Source: a virus
Strand: one strand, 5' to 3'
Virus record (IMG/VR): IMGVR_UViG_3300046492_000369
Span: 13,042-77,041 of that record
DNA length: 64,000 nucleotides
Of this stretch, positions 1 to 7,714 are shown piece by piece. Below the pieces are notes generated by a model. That model was not told the DNA's origin. It saw nothing but the letters and a program-made list of their open reading frames with translations, and did no database searches. Within the stretch, counting starts at the first letter, position 1. Each line of letters opens with the position of its first letter. The position numbers and the translations under genes are program-made.

Positions 1-1
1 A

Positions 2-826
2 GGGTCAGGGATATTGGGTATCGGCAGCGATGGCGCAGGATCAATGATCCTTGGTCGCGCTATCGACTTTGCCGGCACACCGCAGATGGAATACGCAAGG
101 TTTGATGCCAGCGGCAACCTGTTGGTAGGGGCGACGAGCGGTAATAGTCACATCTTCGTTAAGCAAGTAGCTGAGGGACAGACCATTCTCGGGGTTCACA
201 ACGGGAGCAACTACTCATTCGCCGCATTCGCGGTAGCGAACATGAGTTGGAACGCCGCTGGATGTGCTGTCGTAACAGGTAAAAACGCCACCACTGACCG
301 CTCGATCAACACCGCAGGCACCATCAACGCATCTGGCGCTGACTACGCCGAGTACATGACCAAGGCTGAGGGCTGCGGCGTGCTGACTAAGGGCCAGATC
401 GTCGGTGTCGATGCGGAAGGCAAGTTGACCGACAAGTGGGCAGAGTCGGTGTCCTTCCTCATCAAGTCCACTGACCCGTCGTATGTCGGTGGTGACGTGT
501 GGGGCAGTGAGGAGGCGCTGGGACTGGCCTACCCTACCGACGAAACCAGTGAAACTTATGCTGCTGATTTGGAAGCCTTCAATTCCGCGCTGGAAGCAGC
601 ACGTCAGAAGGTTGATCGAATCGCTTACGCAGGCCAGGTACCTGTCAATGTGCAAGGTGCCATTCCTGGTCAGTACGTTGTGCCTCAAGCTATGGCTGAT
701 GGCAGCATTGGAGCCCGTCTGGTAGGAGCTTCAGGGATCTCACTGCCGGAATACATGGCTGCTGTGGGCATCGTGCAGAACATCCTGCCTGATGGTAGGG
801 CTAATGTCCGTGTGAAAGTCGTTTAA
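2..826 (+). CDS. Tail fibre/spike, C-terminal part with intramolecular chaperone-type (peptidase G2/S74-like) domain; 5' truncated by the window
   Basis: Frame is open from the window edge. Gly-rich beta repeats precede SGADYAEY...GQVPV...RVKV, typical of C-terminal chaperone domains of phage fibres. Confidence 0.8.
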   Translation, partial: GSGILGIGSDGAGSMILGRAIDFAGTPQMEYARFDASGNLLVGATSGNSHIFVKQVAEGQTILGVHNGSNYSFAAFAVANMSWNAAGCAVVTGKNATTDRSINTAGTINASGADYAEYMTKAEGCGVLTKGQIVGVDAEGKLTDKWAESVSFLIKSTDPSYVGGDVWGSEEALGLAYPTDETSETYAADLEAFNSALEAARQKVDRIAYAGQVPVNVQGAIPGQYVVPQAMADGSIGARLVGASGISLPEYMAAVGIVQNILPDGRANVRVKVV

Positions 827-851
827 TCTATCAACAACAAGGATCTGAGCA

Positions 852-1136
852 ATGCATATTCTTTCCATGGTTTCTTTGTTAGTACTGGCAATCCTGCAGC
901 TTTGTGATGGTCTGCTTACTGCAAGAGTGTTGGCTCGTGGTGGATGGGAATTGAACCCTGTTATGCACTACCTAATGGATAAATTGGGTATCACTGCAGG
1001 GCTGATCCTACCTAAACTGGTTTTAACGGTGCTGCTCTGGCTTTACGTGAGTAATTATCCATTGGTGTTGGTGCTGCTCGTGATTACCTATCTGATCGTG
1101 GTAGTCCACAACTGGCAACAGTTGAGCAAGGATTGA
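852..1136 (+). CDS. Small membrane protein (DUF5658-like)
   Basis: Three hydrophobic segments; D-x-x-L-T...GG-x-E-x-NP-x-M motif. Confidence 0.65.
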   Translation: MHILSMVSLLVLAILQLCDGLLTARVLARGGWELNPVMHYLMDKLGITAGLILPKLVLTVLLWLYVSNYPLVLVLLVITYLIVVVHNWQQLSKD

Positions 1137-1268
1137 GTCACTGAATCTTGCGTTCTGTCCAGAAACCAACGATTTGTTTGACTTAATTCATTCTTACAGG
1201 CAACAATTCCTATGAACAAGGTAGAATACTCCGACACCATTTTTAACCTAAATTTACAGAGATTCAAA

Positions 1269-1496
1269 ATGCGAAATGTGAGTGCTCCCGAGTTCACCAG
1301 CTATGCCGGATCAGTCACTGCCATCGGCGCGTCCATGACGCTGACCAATATTGGCATCCTGATCGGTATTGTTACTGCACTGCTGACGTGTGCACTCAAC
1401 ATTTACTTCATGCGACGCAAGGATCAGCGGGAACAACGGGAAAGTGATGCCAGGATGGCACTGCTGTCCCAGAAAGAGGATGTGGTTCATGGATAA
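1269..1496 (+). CDS. Holin
   Basis: Short TM protein with charged C-terminus (RRKDQREQRE); overlaps the endolysin start. Start chosen at ATG 1269 (ORF open from 1212). Confidence 0.75.
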   Translation: MRNVSAPEFTSYAGSVTAIGASMTLTNIGILIGIVTALLTCALNIYFMRRKDQREQRESDARMALLSQKEDVVHG

Positions 1497-2010
1497 TGAC
1501 ACCAGCAACCGGCTCAGGGTGGCAGTGGCCAGCCTGGCTCTGTCTGCAGCAGGCTTCATTGGCATCATCTCCAGCGAGTATTACACCGATAACGCCGTGG
1601 TGCCGACATTAAACGATCGGCCCACAGTAGGCTTTGGCTCGACCTACTGGGAAGATGGTACACCCGTCAAGATGGGCCAGAAGATCACGCCAGTGCGGGC
1701 CTTACTAGTGGCCAAGACGCACATCAGCAAGGAGGAAGTGAGCTTCCGAAAGTCTTTGCCCGGTGTCGCACTGTCGCAGACCGAGTACGACGTGTACATG
1801 GATTGGGTCTACCAGTACGGCACCGGCGCTTGGTCCGGCTCCAGCATGCGCAGTCACCTCCTAAGAAAAGAATATGCAAGTGCTTGTGGGGCACTGCTGG
1901 CATATAAGTTCTCCGGTGGTTATGACTGCAGCATCCCCGGTAACAAGGTGTGTGCGGGCGTCTGGACACGCCAGAAAGCCCGCTACACCACCTGCATGGG
2001 GGCACAATGA
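1489..2010 (+). CDS. SAR endolysin (GH24 lysozyme family)
   Basis: N-terminal weakly hydrophobic Ala/Gly/Ser-rich segment (VAVASLALSAAGFIGII), then E...D-R-P-T-V-G-F-G-S-T and C-terminal GVWTRQ..RY..C. Confidence 0.85.
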   Translation: MDNDTSNRLRVAVASLALSAAGFIGIISSEYYTDNAVVPTLNDRPTVGFGSTYWEDGTPVKMGQKITPVRALLVAKTHISKEEVSFRKSLPGVALSQTEYDVYMDWVYQYGTGAWSGSSMRSHLLRKEYASACGALLAYKFSGGYDCSIPGNKVCAGVWTRQKARYTTCMGAQ

Positions 2011-2375
2011 ATATTCAAGGTCTGTTGATTGCGGTATTACTCTGGGTTGCTTCGATAGCTGGCTCATTCTTCTATGGTCAATCGGTAGGAACCGACCAGG
2101 AGAAGGTCAAGCAGACTGAAATCAAGCAAGCTATCGAAGACACCCGTGAAGTGGCACGTCAAGGAGCTGCAAGTGAAATTGCAAAAATTAAAGTTCGGAA
2201 CACCACCATTCAAGGCAAGGTCACCACACTGGTCCGTGATAATCCTGTGTACCGCGATTGTGTCAATGATCCTGCAGGGCTGCAGCTCATTAACGAAGCG
2301 CTCACCGGTAAATCCAGTGGGACCGGACGCTACAGTGGTGATGGCTTGCCCACTACTGTCTCCCCTCTCCGATAG
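2007..2375 (+). CDS. Rz: Inner-membrane spanin (i-spanin)
   Basis: ATGA overlap with endolysin; N-terminal TM, coiled coil, PVYRDC motif. Confidence 0.8.
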   Translation: MNIQGLLIAVLLWVASIAGSFFYGQSVGTDQEKVKQTEIKQAIEDTREVARQGAASEIAKIKVRNTTIQGKVTTLVRDNPVYRDCVNDPAGLQLINEALTGKSSGTGRYSGDGLPTTVSPLR

Positions 2376-2466
2376 TTCCTTCGGAGGCACCGTGGCCAAG
2401 CTAGTGGAGGTAGGTAGCCAATACAACGAATGTCGTACTGCTGCCCTGGCTGGATTAAAAAAGTGA
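2236..2466 (+). CDS. Rz1: Outer-membrane lipoprotein spanin (o-spanin), overlapping Rz in the +1 frame
   Basis: Hydrophobic signal with lipobox LQGC, Pro-rich segment and CP...YNEC. Start uncertain (GTG 2236; ORF open from 2146). Confidence 0.75.
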   Translation: MIILCTAIVSMILQGCSSLTKRSPVNPVGPDATVVMACPLLSPLSDSSFGGTVAKLVEVGSQYNECRTAALAGLKK

Positions 2467-2499
2467 TTAGCCTCCTGTCCCAGATGTTGATACTGGTTA

Positions 2500-2682
2500 G
2501 TGAAATACCTGCCCAGCCTGAACCGAAAAGAATCACTGCAGCTGAGCCAGTATATCGGCCTCGCTGCAGCGAATGTGACGACGAAGGACGAGATGCCCGT
2601 CTTCCTTGTGAAGGGCATGACTGAATCTGGGAAAGGAGGTGATCTTATCTACACCGATGCCCCGGATGTTCTCGGGGCATTT
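2500..2682 (+). ncRNA. Candidate small RNA (or leaderless short ORF) containing a perfect 16S-tail complement and a terminal hairpin
   Basis: GAAAGGAGGTGATC at 2631-2644; hairpin ATGCCCCG/CGGGGCAT at 2657-2680 followed by TT. Confidence 0.35.
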
Positions 2683-2685
2683 GTG

Positions 2686-2886
2686 TTATTGGCGCACCAA
2701 ACTGGCAGCAGGTACGGGAATGCAGTAAGCGTACAGGAAAGCTCCTCCACTTCTATCGCGGGATTGCTGTTGTAAGTCTGCTGCTGCAGCCCTACATGCC
2801 TGCCCATCATTCATCACTGCCAGTGTAGAAGGGGAAGTGTGACCCCCACTTGACCCAATCAGAAGCCAGACAATTGCCTTGATCAT
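2686..2886 (-). CDS. Small hypothetical protein
   Basis: 4-bp ATGA overlap with the rIIB stop; hydrophobic N-terminus; two Cys. Confidence 0.55.
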   Translation of the reverse strand: MIKAIVWLLIGSSGGHTSPSTLAVMNDGQACRAAAADLQQQSRDRSGGAFLYAYCIPVPAASLVRQ

Positions 2887-4742
2887 TTGGCTTCTACCAG
2901 CTTCAGGATCTGAGCAACCTGCTCTTCAGTCACCCCAAGCACCGTCCAGCTCTTCTTGGCCTTTTGCTTGATGGTCAGGATAGCCTGAGCTACACCAACC
3001 GAAGTAATCCCAATAGCCAGCATCTTCTGGATGCGTTCCTTGGGTCCACCTTCCCCCAGCTCGACACCATTAACGACACGCTTGGTCGATGCCATGACTG
3101 GTGCGTCATCCCGGGCATCATTCAAGACATCAGCACGGGTGTCTTCGCTACCGTCCAGTTCAACTTCCATGACCTGAGGTGTAGGCTTAACTGGCTTGGC
3201 TACTGTCGGTTTCGGGAATGGCTTTGGTGGTTTGGTCTTAGTACCTGGCTTAGTGGTAGGATCAGGAATGCCGAGGCGATCCCAGCCAACTTTGGCTGTT
3301 TTTTTAAAGATCACTAACGCATCCAGATCGTCACGGTGGCCACTAGCCTGCCACTTAGCATACATGGCTTGAGCCTGCTCCTTACGGGACAGCTGTACCT
3401 TTTCTTCTTGCTGTTCGACCTCGGCCACCACTTCTTTCGGGTCAGTGGGTTGGTCCAGTGTCTCAGCTTCAGCATTACCGATCGCTTCCGCTTGAACAGG
3501 TGCTACCAAAGTAGCTTTCACCTCTAGCTTCATGGTTCCCAGCTTCTTCACCTGCACACCGCCACCATGCTGTGCCGTGATACGCACTTCATGGGTCTTG
3601 CCGATGTGCTGACCGCTAAGTGCCTTAGCTAGCAGCTGCTTGCCATCTTCCAGCTTGGTGATGGGCTCATTACGATTTAGTAAGTTGTACTGTTCCTTGG
3701 TGAGCTCCGCGATGATGTGATAACCACAGACACGCATCTTGTTGGCGTCGTAGGTCGGCACAGCGATCACGTCTTCCGGAGTCAGCTTGGCCAGTACGCA
3801 CACGTCGCCATTGAAGCCCCTGATGTAGCCACGACGGGCCACATGCAGGCCGTTGGAGCACTCGTTGTTGCGGTTGTGGTCCACCAGCTTCTCATCCATG
3901 CAGACGTAGGCCCCGACCCACTGTTCTACCTTCTGGGTATGGCAGTCCACGTACGTGTCCTTGCCATAGGTACGAAGTACCTTGTAGATCAGGATGGTGC
4001 CATCATCCGCGATTGGCAGGTCAGCTCGCTCCAAGAACTTGAGCAGGTCTTCCACCGAGTGACTGCGTTTGTCGATTACTGAAGCCAGCCGCTGTAGGAA
4101 CGCTTCGACACCCTGAGTCGAACCGAGCTTGGAGGCCCGGGCGAACTGGGTCTTGATCCGTTCCATACCCGGGATGATGGTATCCCCTACCACGGCGATG
4201 ATGGTGTCCGGTGCCGCAGCATGGACTTCATCATTGCGGTCATTGGGAGTTTCCCCATTGGCTTCCACCACATTGCCCTGCTTGCCGACCGTGACTTCAT
4301 GGAAGTCTGGTGACGATACCGGCACAGCATGCTGCATGATCTCGGCCACGACAGACTGGGTCTGTTCGACTTTGGATGGCATCTTGGCAGCCATTACTGC
4401 TTCAATACTTTCCTTCGTTGTCGGAATGTGGCCGAGCGCCTGTTCCGGGACCACCTCTACTGGCTTCGGTGTGAACAGGTTCTTCAGCCTTTCCTTGGCC
4501 ACCCTGAAGAACTTGACCACGCCCCCGGATTTCTCCTCGAACTGGGCATAGCTGTTGTCCTCCGGTTGGTCGATGGCCACGTAAGCATGGTCCCTCTCGA
4601 CCAGCTGGGGCGTGACGGCATCGACGATCCGACGCAGGCGCGGATCGCCTTGGGGAATGACGATCGTACTGCCATCGTCCTTGTACAGAGTGAGATTGCG
4701 GGTATCGACCACTGCCGCAACGATACGAATGAGATTACTCAT
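2883..4742 (-). CDS. rIIB: rIIB-like protein
   Basis: LPIADDG..L.YK, CSNGLHV and KMRVCGY motifs of rIIB; directly follows rIIA. Confidence 0.9.
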   Translation of the reverse strand: MSNLIRIVAAVVDTRNLTLYKDDGSTIVIPQGDPRLRRIVDAVTPQLVERDHAYVAIDQPEDNSYAQFEEKSGGVVKFFRVAKERLKNLFTPKPVEVVPEQALGHIPTTKESIEAVMAAKMPSKVEQTQSVVAEIMQHAVPVSSPDFHEVTVGKQGNVVEANGETPNDRNDEVHAAAPDTIIAVVGDTIIPGMERIKTQFARASKLGSTQGVEAFLQRLASVIDKRSHSVEDLLKFLERADLPIADDGTILIYKVLRTYGKDTYVDCHTQKVEQWVGAYVCMDEKLVDHNRNNECSNGLHVARRGYIRGFNGDVCVLAKLTPEDVIAVPTYDANKMRVCGYHIIAELTKEQYNLLNRNEPITKLEDGKQLLAKALSGQHIGKTHEVRITAQHGGGVQVKKLGTMKLEVKATLVAPVQAEAIGNAEAETLDQPTDPKEVVAEVEQQEEKVQLSRKEQAQAMYAKWQASGHRDDLDALVIFKKTAKVGWDRLGIPDPTTKPGTKTKPPKPFPKPTVAKPVKPTPQVMEVELDGSEDTRADVLNDARDDAPVMASTKRVVNGVELGEGGPKERIQKMLAIGITSVGVAQAILTIKQKAKKSWTVLGVTEEQVAQILKLVEAK

Positions 4743-4753
4743 GGGGCTTCCTT

Positions 4754-7201
4754 TTAGTTTTTAAGTACGAGAGCCAGGACATCAATGGCAGCCTTGGCTA
4801 GCTGGGGAGAGGTATCGCTCGAATTCAACAAACGAGCTAAACCAGACTTATCAAGGATACTCAACAGTTCACTATCCTTGACCTTTTTAATGAACAGTGC
4901 ATTCGCTGGATCGAGAGGAATAGCATTCAAATATGTGCGCACACTGGCCATATCAGGCGGGATGTTGTAGCGATGATGGGAAATCAAGTCCTTCCAGAGG
5001 TGCACATACTTCCTGTCTTCCTCGGTCAGATTATTCACCAAGCCAAATTCCTGTCGCAAGATCTCAGTGTTGTACACCATTTCAATGACTGAAGTGTTAT
5101 AGAAGCAGTCGGAATAGTACGTCGTCAAAGCCCGGTTCACATCGAATGCCCAGTATTCCCTGATAGTCGGACTGTTCAGCATGTAATCACAGACCTTTTG
5201 CCGAACATAGTCCGTCATCTCGGGAATATTCTTGCCCTTCCACTTCGCATGCATGGATGAATTGGTGGTAATGCCACCTTTATCCCCGAACAATTCGACG
5301 ATATAAAAAGACGCCAATTCATCCCAATGATCCAACACCAAGGTCGAAGTGGTCTTATTGATTTTTACTTCTACCAAGAACTCAGGATTCTCAATACGGG
5401 GTGCCGTATCCAGTCGAGACAATGTAGTATTAATATGCATGCGAACATTCTTGGCTGGCACGACTGACTTCAGGCACGCCAAGCCTTTCTGTACTGGCTT
5501 GCGTGCAGAATAGTCCCGCTTTTCTGGTTCTTCTTCCCAATCCTGTCGTGTAGTCAGGTCCACCACAGTCATACCACTAGCTTGGAAGAACGTAAGTGCT
5601 GCTTCCTGCTCGGCCTTCTTCATGCCAACGTGGTACACCAGGAAGCCCTCGTACTTGCCGAGCTGCTTGAACACGTCATGACGGAAGATCCGCAACTTGA
5701 GATCTCGGCGTGATTTGGTGAGTACGACGATGTTGCGCAGGTAAGGCAGTGTGGCAAACAAATGACGTGGAGCCACCATGTTGAAGGCCACCATGGGCGG
5801 GGTGCTGGTGTCGTAGGAATTGCTAGGTGCATTGGCGTCACCGGAATCGAACACATACAGCTTCTTGTGGTCGATGCCCGCCTTGATCAGCTTGACGACC
5901 AGCGGGCCCACCACACAACGCTGCAGCCAGTCGTTGGGTTCATGACCACGCTGGAAACCAGCTTTCACCTTGTCCAGATGCCGCAGGAAGGTCTGCACCG
6001 TGCCACGCTGCAGCAAGCCAGCCACCACCATCTTCTCCAACCGGAACTTGATGTCTTGCTTGCGGAAGTCCAACGACTTCGGATAGTTCGATTCCATGTA
6101 CCGCTGAGACATGGTCAGCAGATCGCTGATATGGGTCGGATGGGTGGAGTCTCCCTTGATCGGCAGGCATTCAGCCGTGGTCAAGAGATCGGCAATACGC
6201 TTGTCGGCTACCGCATTTTCCACTGCAGCTTGGGCGAACTCGCTGCAGGCTTCCTTGAAGGTCGTGTTGAGCGTATCGACGAAGCCACCCAGCAGCATCT
6301 TCAGCGTCTTGATGGTGTGCTCTTGCATCGACAGGGATTCTCGGCTTGGGGTCACCGAGATGCTGTGCGGGGGAGCTTGGAAGATGATGTTGTAGTTCCG
6401 GCTGTGGCGACCCAAGGCTTCGAGATGTGCCTTGATAATCTTGTATTCGTGGCCGATCTCCGAAGCCGTATCTACCGGATAGATCACGTTCCCATACCGC
6501 ACCATAATGTCGGTTTGGTTCTCGATGAATTCGCCGGGTGCGATCAGGTAGTTGGCTTTGGTCGTATCGAAGCCAAGGGTTTCCACTTGCTTCCCGTTGA
6601 AGAGCACATTCATGTCGCCGTTCTTGGCGATACGCTGCACCAGCCGCATGAAGCGATTGCGATTCATGTTGTTGAGGATGCGGATCGTCACCTGCAGGCC
6701 GGTATCCGTGGTTGGGAACGAAGCGATCGGAATGATTCCTGGCTTGCCCATGGCCTGTGCCGACGACTTGGAAAGGTTGTAAATTGTTTTCACCCCATCG
6801 TGGCAGGATATCACCTCGAAATGGTCAGTGTAGGCAAAGGGTGCCTTGCAACCCAGACCGAAGCCACCAGTCTGCTGGCCATCGTTCTTTTTGGTCGAGT
6901 TGCCGTAGGTGCCGTAGATTAGCCCCATGTCATCCTTGTGGATGCCCCGGCCAAAGTCCTTGATGATGAACTTATCGTCGGTGATGGTGACTTCCACTGG
7001 CTTGTCGGTATAACCCGCTTCGATATGGGCATCCCATGCATTGCACAGCACTTCACGCACCACAGCCAGAATCTGATCCTTGTACAACGTGGACGACAGG
7101 ATGTTGAAGAACTCGGCACTGGACGAGATACCGAATTCAATGGGCTGGCTGCCACCAATGATAGCGTGCGTGATATGGTCTTTTTGATGTGCTACTTGCA
7201 T
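4754..7201 (-). CDS. rIIA: rIIA-like protein (GHKL/HATPase N-terminus)
   Basis: ILSSTLY..., REVLCNAWDAH, DFGRGI, STK...GGFGLGCKAPFAYTD. Confidence 0.9.
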   Translation of the reverse strand: MQVAHQKDHITHAIIGGSQPIEFGISSSAEFFNILSSTLYKDQILAVVREVLCNAWDAHIEAGYTDKPVEVTITDDKFIIKDFGRGIHKDDMGLIYGTYGNSTKKNDGQQTGGFGLGCKAPFAYTDHFEVISCHDGVKTIYNLSKSSAQAMGKPGIIPIASFPTTDTGLQVTIRILNNMNRNRFMRLVQRIAKNGDMNVLFNGKQVETLGFDTTKANYLIAPGEFIENQTDIMVRYGNVIYPVDTASEIGHEYKIIKAHLEALGRHSRNYNIIFQAPPHSISVTPSRESLSMQEHTIKTLKMLLGGFVDTLNTTFKEACSEFAQAAVENAVADKRIADLLTTAECLPIKGDSTHPTHISDLLTMSQRYMESNYPKSLDFRKQDIKFRLEKMVVAGLLQRGTVQTFLRHLDKVKAGFQRGHEPNDWLQRCVVGPLVVKLIKAGIDHKKLYVFDSGDANAPSNSYDTSTPPMVAFNMVAPRHLFATLPYLRNIVVLTKSRRDLKLRIFRHDVFKQLGKYEGFLVYHVGMKKAEQEAALTFFQASGMTVVDLTTRQDWEEEPEKRDYSARKPVQKGLACLKSVVPAKNVRMHINTTLSRLDTAPRIENPEFLVEVKINKTTSTLVLDHWDELASFYIVELFGDKGGITTNSSMHAKWKGKNIPEMTDYVRQKVCDYMLNSPTIREYWAFDVNRALTTYYSDCFYNTSVIEMVYNTEILRQEFGLVNNLTEEDRKYVHLWKDLISHHRYNIPPDMASVRTYLNAIPLDPANALFIKKVKDSELLSILDKSGLARLLNSSDTSPQLAKAAIDVLALVLKN

Positions 7202-7214
7202 GGGATTCCTCTAA

Positions 7215-7487
7215 TTATTCGTTGGGTTCGTTGATGTAGTGTTTGAATTCCAGCCGGGTGACGTGGTATTCCTCCAATAACCGATCCACGTCTTCCTCGG
7301 TCATCTGTTTTTCCAGCCAGGGGGCTTTGATCTTGCGATGGTCAAGGATCGTGTAGCTGAATTCCTCGTCGTAGCCTTCCTCGGCGTCTTCCATCGGGCC
7401 GGATACCTTGTCCGGTCGGCCCGGGGAATAGTGATCAACCCTGCAGTAGCAGGGGATGTCATTGATCTTGGTTTCAAAGGTCACCAT
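7215..7487 (-). CDS. Hypothetical protein
   Basis: Fits the operon; acidic 90-aa ORF. Confidence 0.7.
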   Translation of the reverse strand: MVTFETKINDIPCYCRVDHYSPGRPDKVSGPMEDAEEGYDEEFSYTILDHRKIKAPWLEKQMTEEDVDRLLEEYHVTRLEFKHYINEPNE

Positions 7488-7489
7488 GC

Positions 7490-7702
7490 TTAGTACTCTC
7501 CTCTTCGGTCAGGGTCTACTTGCTGGTGCTGGAGTTTATGGATGTACAGGGCCAGATCATTCTGAGCCTGTTGCAGCTCCAGCCTGACCTGTTCCCTGTA
7601 GTTAAGATCAATGACTCCGCTCATTCGGGCATTGTCCAGTTCCGCTTCGACCAATTTACGGATCTTTAGCACTAGTATTCTGGCCTGTCTATCATTGAAC
7701 AT
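7490..7702 (-). CDS. Hypothetical coiled-coil protein
   Basis: AAGGAG SD directly after the polymerase stop. Confidence 0.7.
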   Translation of the reverse strand: MFNDRQARILVLKIRKLVEAELDNARMSGVIDLNYREQVRLELQQAQNDLALYIHKLQHQQVDPDRRGEY

Positions 7703-7714
7703 GGCATTACTCCT

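Noticed and set aside
2500-2775. 91-aa plus-strand ORF as a normal protein gene
   Set aside because: No SD, crosses a terminator-like hairpin and overlaps a convergent gene by 90 bp; kept only as an sRNA or leaderless candidate.
5762-6922. Long antisense ORFs (also 13127-14023, 31804-32727, 51917-52750, 55046-55954 and others)
   Set aside because: Shadow frames opposite well-supported genes, caused by GC3 codon bias; no SD or motifs.
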